Made by a program: the position numbers and the translations under genes. The notes beneath the pieces were generated by a model, which had not been told where the DNA came from, searched no databases, and was given only the letters and a program-made list of their open reading frames with translations. Of a stretch of 64,000 nucleotides of DNA, positions 24,196-37,191 are shown piece by piece (position 1 is the stretch's first letter; every line of letters starts with the position of its first letter). This DNA comes from the human T2T-CHM13v2.0 reference genome, Homo sapiens: NCBI RefSeq assembly GCF_009914755.1, contig NC_060926.1. One strand, 5' to 3'.

Positions 24196-26744
24196 CATTC
24201 TTATAGAGAGACTATACCTTATAGAGAGAAACAGCACTATAAAATAGGTAGTTTATAAGCCCAGGTGTTCTCTCTCTTTTCCCTTTATTGGTGCTGTGTG
24301 CACATCACCAATGCATTTGAATGTATTTTACATCCAAAGTGACTCTGGCACAGCCCTGCTGCCATTTTAAACACTCAAACGTTTATCAGTTAACCAAATT
24401 CATATGCTAAGATTGTTCTCATTTAAGCCAGTCTGAAATTCAGCATACATTGCACCCTGGTAGTATCACTTTGGTTGTATTCCCACAATGTGTGCTTCAT
24501 CTTACTTACTTCCATTTACCTGACATTTACTGAGTGAACATCCAATATATGCAAAATATGGTGTTGGATGGTAACATACGCATGTCATGGTCCCTGTCCT
24601 CAGGGACTTACCATCTGATGAAATGAAAATAAGCTAGCAGTACATTTGCTGTTTGGAAAGAAGAAACAATGCTAGTGACTTGAAGATGCATCACCTGGAT
24701 GCTGAGGAGGGTGAGGCACCATGGGCACAGCGAGAACTGACCTGTAGGCTGGTTGGAGGGTGCAAATTGTGTTGTAGGTGAAGTGGATGTTGGAGCACTC
24801 TTCACACACCCTTTCATGATATCCTTCACTCATGCACTTTAGCTCTCAACTGCCCAGAGGCCCAGCCTAAGCCAGGTTCTGGCCCCTCTTCCTCAACCAC
24901 CTTCTTAGGATCCAGTGTCCAGGTGGGCCGCAGTGAAAGAGCTAATGAAAGGCATGATTCATTCATTCATTCATTCATCCAATAAGTAGTGAACATCTGC
25001 CATAGGATGTGTTATAGGGCTTTGGAGTATTTTCAGTTAAGAAAATACTCTAATTTCAGCCCAATTTCAGGTGGTGAGATTTTTAGGATTGTTGAGGAAA
25101 TTTGAGAGGTCAGTGGGAAGATTCAGTCTCCTGTGGCTGTGCAATTACCCCTCCTAAAGGTTAAGCTGATTTTTTCTACTTAAGCCTTAATTGAGGTGTA
25201 GATAATGGAGGGGTAATTATTCTGAATTTATTATTGGTTTCAAATTTTCTCATTGTTATTTTAGTATGAATAGGAGTGCATCAGATGTTCTGGGAATTTA
25301 CTGCAAACAGAATAATAAGGTTCATGCATAAAGACTCAGTTTTTCTGTAACTAATTGCCAGAAATGTTTCTTTTTCTCGGTCTAATACAAATGGACTTCT
25401 GCCCAGATTTCCTTGGCTTCTAAGGGTTTTCTCATGAGAAGCCCTGGATTGTGAGAGTAGATGCTTCTGGATAAGTTGGTGTGACTCAAGTGTCCCCAGG
25501 TAATCAAGAGGTGTCTTCACCTCACTGGGAGATGCTCATGACCAGTGGTAGCCATCAGTAAACCATTCACACATTGCTAGGTTTCATTAAATTCTCTGTG
25601 GTATGTCATAGCAAGTGGCAATTGTATTTGTTAGATACTACAGCAGGATCAGATCTCATGCTCGAAGTCAGTTTAAGGCAGAGTATTGCTATCTCTTGCA
25701 TCTCAAGATTCTGCTTTCTGATAGAGCCATCACAGGGAAGTTCTTTGGAATAGAGAATGTTCATATGATGCCAGCACAGCAGTTCACATATAGAAAATAC
25801 AAGTATTCAGCCACATATATGTAACCAGGGCATTTGGTTTGCCCACTTCTCTTCCCACTGGATTACTCCATTAGTTTGGCAAAATATAACTACAGCTTCA
25901 ATTCCATTGCTTCAAAAATAAGAGGTGCCACAGAGAACATTTTTTTTTTCAAGACCACTTAAAGCATTGATTAACAAAGAGACTAGTGGGGACTAAATGA
26001 ATACTTAGGTAAGAAAAGCACTAGAAATACTGCAAACAGCACAAAGCAAGTGAAAATACTTAAGTAGAGTGTGTAAAACGTGACCTTTCTTGGGCACTGT
26101 GACATCCTATAGAAATACAGTATAATCCTAAAGACAGAGTTCCTGAAAAGAGCCCAGCACCCTTAGGATTGCTGTAGCCCTGATGCATAAGGGGAGAAGA
26201 TGCCATGGAATTCTTTGTCTTGCACTGCCCAAACACATTCAAAGAGATCTTCTAGATAGTGTTCATAAGTAATAAAACTTGATTAAGAAATCCATTCTTC
26301 TTTAAAACTTGAATGAATGCTTGGAGACAGGTAGAATAATTTACTTTTTGCCTTGTGCTCCCTTTGGGAAGACATTCTGTGTAATTGAAATGAAACAGAG
26401 CCTCAAACTTCCAGAGTGAGTTTCCATTCCATGCCCCTTCTCTGCCTGTCTGCTCAGAGCCCTGGCCAGGATATTTCCAAGAATGGCCTCCTCAGTTTGC
26501 ACTCTAGCTGTGTATTGGGCTGGTCTTGTGGATGTGCAAGCTGGGTGTGAGGGGGTGTGTATGAGTGTGTGTTCTTGAGAGTCTGTGTCTGTATATATAA
26601 GAATATATGCTAGACTGAAAGATGAGTGGGATGACGTAGACACTTGAGCAGCCTTCTTCCTATAGTAGAGAGCATGGCTCTTAGGAACTGCAAGTTGATT
26701 CATTCTCCTTTTACACTGGGGCAAATAGGATAATTTATGCAGGA

Positions 26745-28035
26745 TTCCTTCCCAGACTTCTTTGCTTATTTCCTTTTATCTCCTCCAGCTTACACACTAT
26801 AACACTGGGTTACCTGGGGTTTTAGTCCTTGGCCTTCTTCCTTGTTCTATCTTCCTTCATTCCCTAGGTCAGGGGTGTCCAGTCTTTTGGCTTCCCTGGG
26901 CCACACTGGAAGAAGAAGAATTGTCTTGGGCCACACTTAAAATACGCTAACACTAATGATAGCTGATGAGCTAAAAAACAAAATCACAAAAAAATTTCAC
27001 AATGTCTTAAGGAAGTTTACGAATTTGTGTTGAGTCACATGCAAAGCTGTTCAGGGCTGCATGTGGCCCTCAGGCTGTGGGTTGAACAGACTTGCCTTAG
27101 GTGATTTCATCCAGTCTCATGCCATGCATCTAATCTTTATATTATCTCTATGCTATCCACTCTTAAATTTTATCTCCAGCTTGAACTTTCCTTCAGAACT
27201 CCAGATTCTTATATCTAACTGCCTATTTGATATTTCTCCTTGAATATCCAGCAGGTTTTCACACCTAACATGTCTAAAATCAAGCTTCTAATATTCCCAT
27301 CTTCCCCAAAACTGCTCCCCTGGCTGCCTGCCCTGTCTTAACTAAATGGCAACACCATCTTTTCTACTTCTAAGACCAGGATCCTAGGAGTCACCTTTGA
27401 CTCTCACATCTTGTCTATTTCATACCCAAACCACCCGCAAATCCTTTCAGCTCTATTTTCAAAACATATCCAGAATCCATTCATTTGTTCTACCTATACT
27501 GCCAACACCCTGGTCTAAGCCACCATCATTTGTCTCCTGCATTATTACAGTAGCCTTTGAACTGGTCTCCATGCTTCACCCTAGCTTTCTAGTGTCTAGT
27601 CTGCATACAACCACCAGAGTCATCCTGTCATTATGTCACTCTTCTATTTACAGCCCTTCCAATTGACTTCACCTTCTTACAGTCTAAATGCAGAATTTCT
27701 TGTAGGACTTAAAAGACAGGCCCTCTGTGATCAGGCCTCTGCCTTCTTTCTGCCTCACCTCCCAGCATGCTCCACCTCACTCATTCCTCTCCAGGCCATC
27801 TTTGCATTTCTCTTCTTTAGTCACACGAAGTAGGCCCTTGCATGTGCTTTTCCTTCTGCCTTTTGCCTGCAGGTACTTGCATGATTCAGGACTTTATGTA
27901 ATTCAGGTCTCTGGCAAAATGTCACACTTTTAAGGAGACCTACTTGGACTTGCCTGTGTAAAATAACACAGTAACAACAGCCCCCACCCCTCCAGGTTAC
28001 CTCTGCCCCTTACCTTCCTTTATTTTTCTCCATAG
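26745..28035 (+). mobile_element. L2a LINE relic interrupted by MER30
   Basis: ccctaggtgatttcatccagtctcatg reconstituted across the MER30; actccagattcttatatctaactgcctatttgatatttctccttgaata; ctctattttcaaaacatatccagaatcc. Confidence 0.85.
26870..27094 (+). mobile_element. MER30 non-autonomous hAT-Charlie DNA transposon
   Basis: caggggtgtccagtcttttggcttccctgggccacactggaagaagaagaattgtcttgggccacac...gttgaacagacttg; 8-bp TSD CCCTAGGT/CCTTAGGT. Confidence 0.95.
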
Positions 28036-28345
28036 CACTTGCCACTATGTGACTTCATGACCTGTGATGCTAGACTTTGCTCATGGATGCTCCTGGCATT
28101 CCCAAGCCTGAGACAAGGAATAGGAAGAGGGAAAAATGAAAAGGCATTGAAAGGGGAAGGACAAGCCAGAGAAAAGAAGAAAAGCTATCCTTCAGATGCC
28201 CCTTTGCCAGATGTGTCAAAGTTGCCTATAGTTGAACAAACTAACTAGAGTAATCTCTTCTATGGAGAGTTCTGCCTGTGTTCTTAACACAGCTACCTGT
28301 TAAGATTAACTGTGCTTATGTTTAAAATATATAAGGAACTAAATC

Positions 28346-28463
28346 TACTTCATAACAAGAAAACAAATAACCCTATTTTAAAAAGGGCAAAGGACCTGAG
28401 TAGATACTTCATAACAAGAAAACAAATAACCCTATTTTAAAAAGGGCAAAGGACCTGAGTAGA
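28346..28463. repeat. Perfect 59-bp tandem duplication
   Basis: 28346-28404 is identical to 28405-28463. Confidence 0.97.
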
Positions 28464-29257
28464 TATTTCTCAAAAGAAGATATACAGATGGCCAACAGGT
28501 ATATGAAAAAATGCTATTTATCTCTTATCATCAGAGAAATGCAAATTAAAACCACAGTGAGATATCACCTCATACCTGTTATATTGGCTATTATCGAAAA
28601 GATGAAAAATAAAAGTGTTGGTGAGGATGTGGAGAAAAGAAAGCCTTGCACACGGTTGGTGGTATTGTAAATTAGTACAGACATTATGGAAAACAGTGTG
28701 GAGGTGCCTCAAAAAACTAAAAATGGAATCACCCTTTGATCCAGCAGTCTCACTACTGGGTATATATCCAAAGAAAAGTAAACCAGATTTTGAAGATATA
28801 TCTGCACTCCCATATTTATTATAGCACTATTCATAGTAGCTAAAATATGGAATCAATCTAAGTGTCCAACAGTAGATGAGTTAATTTTAAAAATGTAGAA
28901 TATATACACAATGGCATACTATTCAGTCTTTAAAAGGTAGGAAATTCTGTCATTTGCCACATCGTGAATGAACCTAGAGGACATTATGCTAAGTGAAATA
29001 AGCCAGACACGGAAAGACAAATATTGCATGATGTCACTTACATGTGAAAAAGTAGATATCATAGACATAGAGAGTAGAATGGTGGTTACCAAAGGCTAGG
29101 GGAGTGAGAGTTGCAGGATATGGGTGGGGAAAGGGGAAATGTCAGTCAAAGAGTACAAAGTTTCACTTAGGATAAATAGGTTATAGTGCTCTATTATATA
29201 GCATGGTGACTATGATTAATAATAATGTATTGTGTATTTCAAACTAGCTGAAAGAAT

Positions 29258-29385
29258 GTGGTGTGCTGGTATGCCCCTATAGTCCCAACTACTCAGAAGG
29301 CTGAGATGGGAGGATTGCTTTAGCCCAGGGGTTTGAATCCAGCCTGGGCAACATAGCAAGACCCTGTTTCTAATAAAAGCAAACC
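29258..29385 (+). mobile_element. FLAM (free left Alu monomer, FLAM_A-like)
   Basis: cctatagtcccaactactcagaaggctgagatgggaggattgctttagcccagggg...cagcctgggcaacatagcaagaccctg; degenerate TSD aactagctgaaag/aatagctaaaac. Confidence 0.85.
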
Positions 29386-31282
29386 AAATAGCTAAAACAG
29401 TGGATTCTCAGGACAAAGAAACGATAAGTATCAGAGGTGATTGATATATTATTAGCCTGATTTGATTATTCCACAATGTATAGATGTATCAAAACATCAC
29501 ATTATGCCCAATAAATATATATAATTGTCAATTAACAATAACGCGCCCCCCCCCCCCATAATCTTCTTCCTCCAAAAAAGATCCATTGTGATTTATGTGA
29601 AATGAATTGAAGAAAGCCTTGGGTTTTGCAGATTTCTGGTTTATGGTTTTAATTTTCACTGAGAGTCTTACATGGGATGTCAGCTTCCGGATTACTGTTG
29701 TTATTTGAGTTTCTCTGTCCCTTTGCCTCCCTGTGGCGTCTATTGTTGCCTACTTATAGATCTGACCCTTAGTTATGTCCTCTTTATTGGAAAGGAATAG
29801 TATCAAGTTGTTCAAATGAAAATCTTTAAAATACGTTAGCAGTAAATTAAGGCTGAAACTATTAACATTCAAGTGAGTGGTGTGGTTTGTTTTGGAGAAA
29901 AAGTGAGTAGCTGCCAGACCCATTCCCTACTGAGAGCAAGATATTTGTGGTTTTTCTATTTGTGAGTGTCCATGTGCTTAGGCAAATGAAGACAGCTTTA
30001 GCTTTTTTTTTTCTAATATACAATGTAGGGATAGTGTTGTATGTAATTATGGACAATGAAATATGTTCTTGGGCTTGGTTTGTGATATTTCCAACTGAGA
30101 AGTAGATGCTGTTCTAAAATGGAACAATTTTCACTGGCCCTAAAAATAGCAATTAACTCCTCCTCTTCCACCCCCCAGACCCCACGCTCTTGCCAGTTCT
30201 CCAGTTCTCACCATCCCTAGCGAAGGCTGCAGAATATATTTCAAGCCAGCTCCCTGGGCAGATCTCTTTAACAACCAGTACTGCTATTTCTGATCCTTTT
30301 TTTTCCCAACACGACTAGGATCTATGAAAAGATTGATTAAATATGTTGGGAATGATAGTGGTTTCAAGTGCTCATTACCTTTTTACATATGGCGCACACT
30401 TAAATCATTTCAACTATGTTTTTATCCATGTTTTTAAAAACTCCTATTTAAAAAGATATTTGGTATATTCAACATAGTACACAGGCCCTTGAGTTCATTC
30501 TGACTGGGACCAGATGGGATGACTGTGGGGCGCCAACATAGCTCGAGCATGCTGGCATCCACAGTGAGCCCTGGAGGCTTTTGAGAAGGTTTACTGAGTA
30601 CACATGGCCCTCATGCAGCATGAAACTGGCTATATTTTAAAAAGTTAACCTCAGAGGAGTGCCAAATAGACCCATATTTCATTGGGAACACTGGAGAGTG
30701 GAATTCAGTGTAATTCAAGGCTATTTTGAACTTCTGAATAGAATTACACTTACAATAAAAACTAGCTAAAATCTAACTATCAGGATTTAGATACATCTGA
30801 AATTTCTCCTTGAACCCAGTTCAGAGAAACAGGTGAAATGGGTAGTGGTGTTAGACCTCATTATGTTTGGTGTGAAGTTTGGTAGGCTCAGAAAAGCTGT
30901 ATCAACAATTTTTCCTAAAAAGCTATTTCAAGGACAAATCTCATAGACTTTCTATGTTCATATTCTTTTGGGTGATGGTTAAGTGATGCCCCTAAAGCTT
31001 TATACATAAATGAAAGAAAATCTTAGATCAGATTATCCTTTTTAATACTTCTCAGGTTAATGTATTCTATATTTTTGGAAGATTTACATGAGGTGTTCAG
31101 TTAACATTAAGTAAGATCAAGTTTCTAAGTTTTTAAGGCTTTCACATATATATCAGGAATAAGAATCAATTATCTTATGGAACATTGAAGACAAGAATCT
31201 ATAAGGATCTGCAGAGACAGATTCAGGTTTCATGGGGCTTGAAACAAAGTTTTGAAGGACCTTTCAAAGAAAAAAAATGACA

Positions 31283-31653
<371 letters not shown>

Positions 31654-32301
31654 TCAAAAACCTGACATCATTATCACAAAATATTTAGGAAGATTGTATA
31701 ATGTTTTAAATAACCTCTATTGTCCTTTATTAAAAAAACATTTTTGGCTCCATACTCTGATCATTTCATACAATAACAATTTTTCTAATATATTCTATAG
31801 AGAGAATAGAAAGATAATACAGTCTTCCCTTTGACAATTTGAGCTTTTTTTGTTATTGTTAGTTTAGAAAATTTTAGCTTTTATTCATAATGCTGCGTAC
31901 ATTTTTAGGATTGCTGTCAAATTTGGAAAATTATCAAGTTTCTTTCACTGTAAGTATCTTTCTGTAAGACTTGGAACACTTTTCCATAGACTAGTTTTTG
32001 GCTCTGAATACTTATTTCAGGACTTGTTTTCTCCTTTCTTACCTCATCCCTTCTTGGTGCTGAATAACGTAGGCCACATTTATTTTACATTCTCTGGCTC
32101 TGCATCTTTGGGCCACAACACAAGGGTAATTGGGACAGTAAATGGTAGGAGCATCCTCCACTAGGACCCATAGCAATAACTTACCTTACCTGGGACACAT
32201 AAACATATCCCAGTCATTCCCAATTAAATGTACTCCCAGCTCTACTGCTCTTTAGCTGGCTCCCAAAATGCCCATGCACACTACCATACTCCTTGGCAAG
32301 G

Positions 32302-32327
32302 GTGTGTGTGTGTGTGTGTGTGTGTGT
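32302..32327. repeat. (GT)13 microsatellite
   Basis: Direct read of the sequence. Confidence 0.95.
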
Positions 32328-32805
32328 TTGAAGGAGGAAAAGTTGGAGTGGAAGGAAGCAATCTTAATGGTTGTGGTAATAGATTTCATTTTCTCAGGAT
32401 TTAGAAAAACATAAGTCTGTGTGAAAACATTGCTAGGGCTCCTCCTATGTTCTTGGAAGAGGCCCTTACAAGTGTGGGTCCCAAGGCTTAAGCTTCATTA
32501 TCTTTACAGTAAATTTGTCTTTGCTAACACGTATTGAGGATTCATCAAATTCTCCAGAGAAAGGGTATGGCACTTTCCCTCACCAACAACTCCATCTCTC
32601 AGGCTCACATTCAGTTGTCGTAAGTCAAGCATATGCTTTAAAATCCTCTGTTTTTAATTGGTGCTGTCTTAATTCTCCCATTAGCACCATCATCCCCCTC
32701 ACTACAAAAGCCTTTCATTTTTTTTAAGTGAGCATTTGCAAATATTAGGCTGACTCTGGACATAAAGTAGAGTTAACATCCATTTCCTCTCTTGCGTTAT
32801 TTCAG

Positions 32806-32861
32806 ATGATCCATTTCGAAAAATAGCGCTATTATATTTTCTATCCACATTAGCTTTGCTG
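32806..32861 (+). other. Candidate 56-nt internal exon (host transcript unknown)
   Basis: Branch-like TTAAC 32773-32777, AG-free pyrimidine tract ending ttatttcAG at 32805, donor CTG|GTGAGT at 32862. Confidence 0.35.
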
Positions 32862-33904
32862 GTGAGTTTTATTTTATACTCAACACAGAGCATACATAGC
32901 TGTCGGTTGTTCTGCTATTACCAGTCCTGTCTGCTAAATGCTTTCTCACAGTAGTGGCATTGCCAAGCTGAGTGAGTGTCAGATTCATTTTGTGTAGAAA
33001 TAGCCTGTCAAATACACCCTACCTGTTTTCGTTTCATTGCATAAATTATTAAGATTTTGGTGGGTGAACATATATATGTGTTTATGTCAGTCTGGATTGT
33101 TGATTTGCTCCTTTCCTTTAGACTAATGAGTGGTAGACTCCAGAGAGTTTTGATGATTTATCTTAGCAAATGGAAATTGGCAAAATTTCAGGAATTATGG
33201 AAAAATTAGCATTAATTTAAAAAATGTTATTTATGTAATTTCATACTTTGATAGCAAAGAAGGATACCTAAAAAGAAAAAAATATGCTAGATATCTTTGA
33301 AAGCTGATTTTTTAAATGAAGAATCCTGGATAGTCAGTCATGTAGAATGTTGCCACTAGCCAGATTTTCAAAGAAAATGTGATCATAATATGCCAAAGAA
33401 AAGCTTTGAGTTAAATAGTATCTTCACATTTTCATTTAAACACCCTGGATGAAAAGTAATAGATACTTTGTAGGTATCTGCTATATTATGTAAATTACTG
33501 CGTACCCCTGAGCGTAGCTGCTTTTTCTATTTAAGTCAAGAACTGGTGGACCTAGAGGAGTCATTTTTGTAGTTATTTTTACAATTTCAAATTAATTTTA
33601 ATGAACTCTCGTTTTAGTTTTTTAACTTTATTTTTAAGGTCCATTGGATATTGCAATGGCTCTCAAAGTTTGGCTTTGCGTGTGCAGTTGAAGGCTGACT
33701 GATTTAGAAGTGTCCAGAAATCAGCAATAAAGACAAAGGTGTTTAATGTAGGAACTCAAGGCAGACAGGGTCCATGTGATGCTTCGTAGGCAGTTTATGC
33801 AGTCCACCATGGGAAAGCCACTAAATTTATTACCAGTTCAAGTCAGCTTCGATGGGAGGGGCTAATACATAATCAAGTGCCTTTTCTGTTTCATGCATTG
33901 TGTT

Positions 33905-34110
33905 AGTTACTAGTTGCTGTATTATTTCATCAAATCCTAACAACTTTTGAATTAGGATTTATATTATCTCCATTTTCTAGATCAGGGAAATAGACTCAAA
34001 GAAATGCAGTGGCTTGCCCAGTGTCCCACAGCTTGTAAGTGGCAGAACTGCAACTGAACCCAGATCAGTCTGGCCACAGCATGTAATGTGTTACTAGTAC
34101 ACTATGTCAC
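33905..34110 (-). mobile_element. MIRb-like SINE
   Basis: attatctccattttctagatcagggaaatagactcaaagaaatgcagtggcttgcccagtgtcccacagcttgtaagtggcagaactg. Confidence 0.85.
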
Positions 34111-35019
34111 TTCTCCTGTAGGATTTACTAAACAGAAGTTATGAGGCAGGCGTCAAATGTGGGTCAGTTATGTAGGGCTATAGAGTTTGGTCTTCAGTAG
34201 GGATCAGAATAATTTGAGTAATGAATTGCCAGCGAACAGAGCACAGGGGCAGGGTTGGTATATAGCATGCGTGTTTAGGTGAGTGTGGAATTGGATCCAG
34301 GAAGCTAAGCTATAGTGAAGAGGGGCAAACAACTATCACTGGCTAGATTGGCTGGACTCAGAGTCCAGGAAGCAGGAGAACTAACTGGAGGTGGGGGACA
34401 TTGTGTGTGAGCCAGAGCTGCTCCCTGTCTTGTGTTATGCAAGCTGCTTGCTTTGGGTTCACAGGCCCTACACAGCAGGTGTCAGTGGTATACGGGTGAG
34501 TTTTAGGACAGAGATGCTGGGGTTGCCTCATAAACTGACAGGCTAATACATTAGGTCATTTTGGCTTTTTTTCTTTCCTGTCAAGCTTCTCCTGATCCAT
34601 CATTATATCCCAAAGGTTTGGCCCAATTAGGAGGTCTCCGTTGCTGAACAACTGTCCATGCCTGATGGGAGGTAAGGCACAGACAAGGGCAATCATTTCC
34701 TCTGTTTTTGAGCAGGAGAGAAGCACCAGGTCAGGAAGCTAAGTCAAGTACTGGCTGCTTAGAGTAAGCTCAGAGGCAGAAATATATCAGAACTTGGCTA
34801 GTCGTATCAGTAGCTTTCTGTCCCTGTCTTTGGCAAATTATGACATTGATGAGGTAAAGGATAGAGGCTAGAGTCCTGTACCATTTGGATGTGTGAGCTT
34901 CCTTCCAGTCTTTTAATTTCTGCCTAAAGATGGAACACCCTGATTGGGAGCTAAAGGAGGTGGGTAGTGAGGAGTGTTCATTTCCAAATATGTTTGCTCA
35001 GCTCTGATTGTGAGACTAA

Positions 35020-37045
35020 GAAGATGGTAAAGGACATAGTATAATGTCACAAATTTACTTCTTGTTTTTAACTCCTTTCCCTCTCCACCTAAATACTAGC
35101 AGACAAGAGTAAAGTTATGTGTTAATAATAAGTATTAATCCCTAAGGTTAAAGAATATGGGATAGGTGGTGTCAGTGAGTAGTAGATGTTAATAAAGTTT
35201 AACAAGGTAAAAAGCAGAAAGAGGAGTGGTAACCAACTTAAAAAAAAAACAGCAGAAAGTATTACCTACCATCCCACAGAGGGGGATATAAGCCAGAAGC
35301 AAGTAGATTAATATTTTAGAACTCCTAACGGTCTTATAAGTAGTGTGTTTTACAGAAACAGCAGGCAAGTCTGAACACTCCCCAAATGCATTTATTCAGA
35401 AGGGTCATAGGAGCAGTGAGTTTTGGGATCCTTGGACCTCCTCCACCTAACATGGTCATGTGATATTCTCCCCATCACCTCCCATTCTTTTCTTATAGAA
35501 TAACTGAAGTTTGTTCTTTGGAGAAATTAACTGGGAAGCTCCACACCCAGGGACATCATATATAGCAGAGAGTAAAAGTAAATTACAGAGCTGAAAACCA
35601 GAAGATTCAGTAAATCTACACAGAAGGTTCAGCACAGGCAGGAGAGCAGAATATTAGCACCTTGAGAAAGAAAGATTCTTGGATAAAAAGTTTTCCAAAT
35701 CCTTACATATGAGAGTCTCAATAAAAGGCCTTTTTCTGACTGACTGCTTTTCAGTGAAGTCTCCAAGGCAACTTGCTCAGCCTATTCCAACCTTTCAAGG
35801 ATAATTTCAGTGCCTCAACTTGTAAATGTGAATAGGCAGGCCAATATTACAAGGTATTTGAAGAAAGCTTTCAACATGAAAGACAGACTAACATGACAAA
35901 TTGGAAAAAAAAAAGAGAGAGGAAGTGAAGCCAAGAATAAGTTAAGATAACCATACTGAATGACTTACATTTAGGATGATGTTACATTTGTGGAATAAGA
36001 ACAGGATGTTACAATAAAAGAGTTATTAAGTAACAGTTAAGAGGTCTTCTAAATAAAACAGTATATAGCCAAAAAAAATTCAAAGGAAAGTTTGGAAGAC
36101 AGTACTCTTAGTAAACTAAAAGCAAAGATGTAGAAAATATGGTATAAAAGATAAGAAAACTAGGAGATCAGTCTGTGAGTTTCGGATCTAATATGAATTC
36201 TAGAAAGAGGCCACAAGGATGGGGGACAGGAAATTAACATAGAAATAATATTTTAAAATTCTCAAAACTGAAAGACGTGTTTCTAAAGGGTGCAGTGAGC
36301 ACCTCAGTATATGGGAGGGGAAAGCCTAGCTCAAGGAAAACCATTGCAGTATTCCAATGATGGGAAAAAAGAAAGACATAAACAGAAAAAATTGGAGTTA
36401 GACTTTATAATAATAACACTGGATTATAGAAAACAAAGGGACAATGCCTTTAAAACTGAGGAAGAATTGCTTTCAACTTAATATTTCATACCCATGAAAA
36501 TGATCAATCAAGTATGAGATTAATTATATTTTCAGAAATAAAAATATTTTAAAATGTGTCTTTCATATAACCTTCTTGGAAGGTTACTGGAGGATGTAAC
36601 CCAGCAAAATGAATGAGTGAACCAAGAAAAAAGGAGAACATGGGTTTCAGAATATATATATATATATATCACACTAGAGAAAGGAAAAGGGAAGTCCCAG
36701 GACAACAGCTGTATAGCAGAACTGGGGTTGGAAGTAGGAGGACATGGGGTAACTGTGAGGAGGGAGTCTAGAAAAAAATGGAGTTTATAGAATATCTGAT
36801 GTTTGTTCATTATGAAGAAAAATCGTTTGTTAGGCATAAGGCATATCTGATGGCAAAGATTAATAAAAAATGAATTACAAACTATGCTAGTGAGAAAACT
36901 GGGCAATTGTTATCTCTATGGAAAGCCCTAAAATGATATATAAAAACTAAACATGATCAAAGTAGACAATACTAAATGTTTTAATTTAACTGTATCTGGA
37001 GGATGGGAGAGGTACTAAATCAGTTGATAAGTATAAAATAGCTAT
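35020..37045 (+). mobile_element. HAL1 (half-L1, ORF1-only non-autonomous LINE) relic
   Basis: Decayed ORF1-like A-rich stretch (gaaaactaggagatcagtc...aacactggattatagaaacaaagggacaatgcctttaaaactgagg) followed by HAL1-type ggttactggaggatgtaacccagcaaaatgaatgagtgaaccaagaaa...cccaggacaacagctgt. Confidence 0.72.
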
Positions 37046-37191
37046 GCTGTACTAGTGAACTCTGTAAAACTACCCAACCCTTGTAGATCATTCATGAAAT
37101 ATCTATGTATTGTTTTCTTTACCCCTGCCCCTACCATTGGTCCCAGTCACTGTCTATCCCATGTTTCTTTTATACTGTTCTGCTTAACCTG

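Larger units (their letters stand above)
28320..29540 (+). mobile_element. L1MA (L1MA5-8-like) 3' end with FLAM insertion
   Basis: ORF2 C-terminal peptides (28488-28670 [15 protein letters not shown]; 28615-28824) and L1MA 3'UTR ending aaacatcacattatgcccaataaatatatataattgtcaatt. Confidence 0.9.

Noticed and set aside
29546-29557. C12 homopolymer at the L1MA 3' end (G4 potential on - strand)
   Set aside because: A single short mononucleotide run, common and uninformative alone.
34115-34540. Possible ancient LTR-like element (TGTAGG…CTGACA)
   Set aside because: It looks repeat-like, but I cannot assign a family or TSD with confidence.
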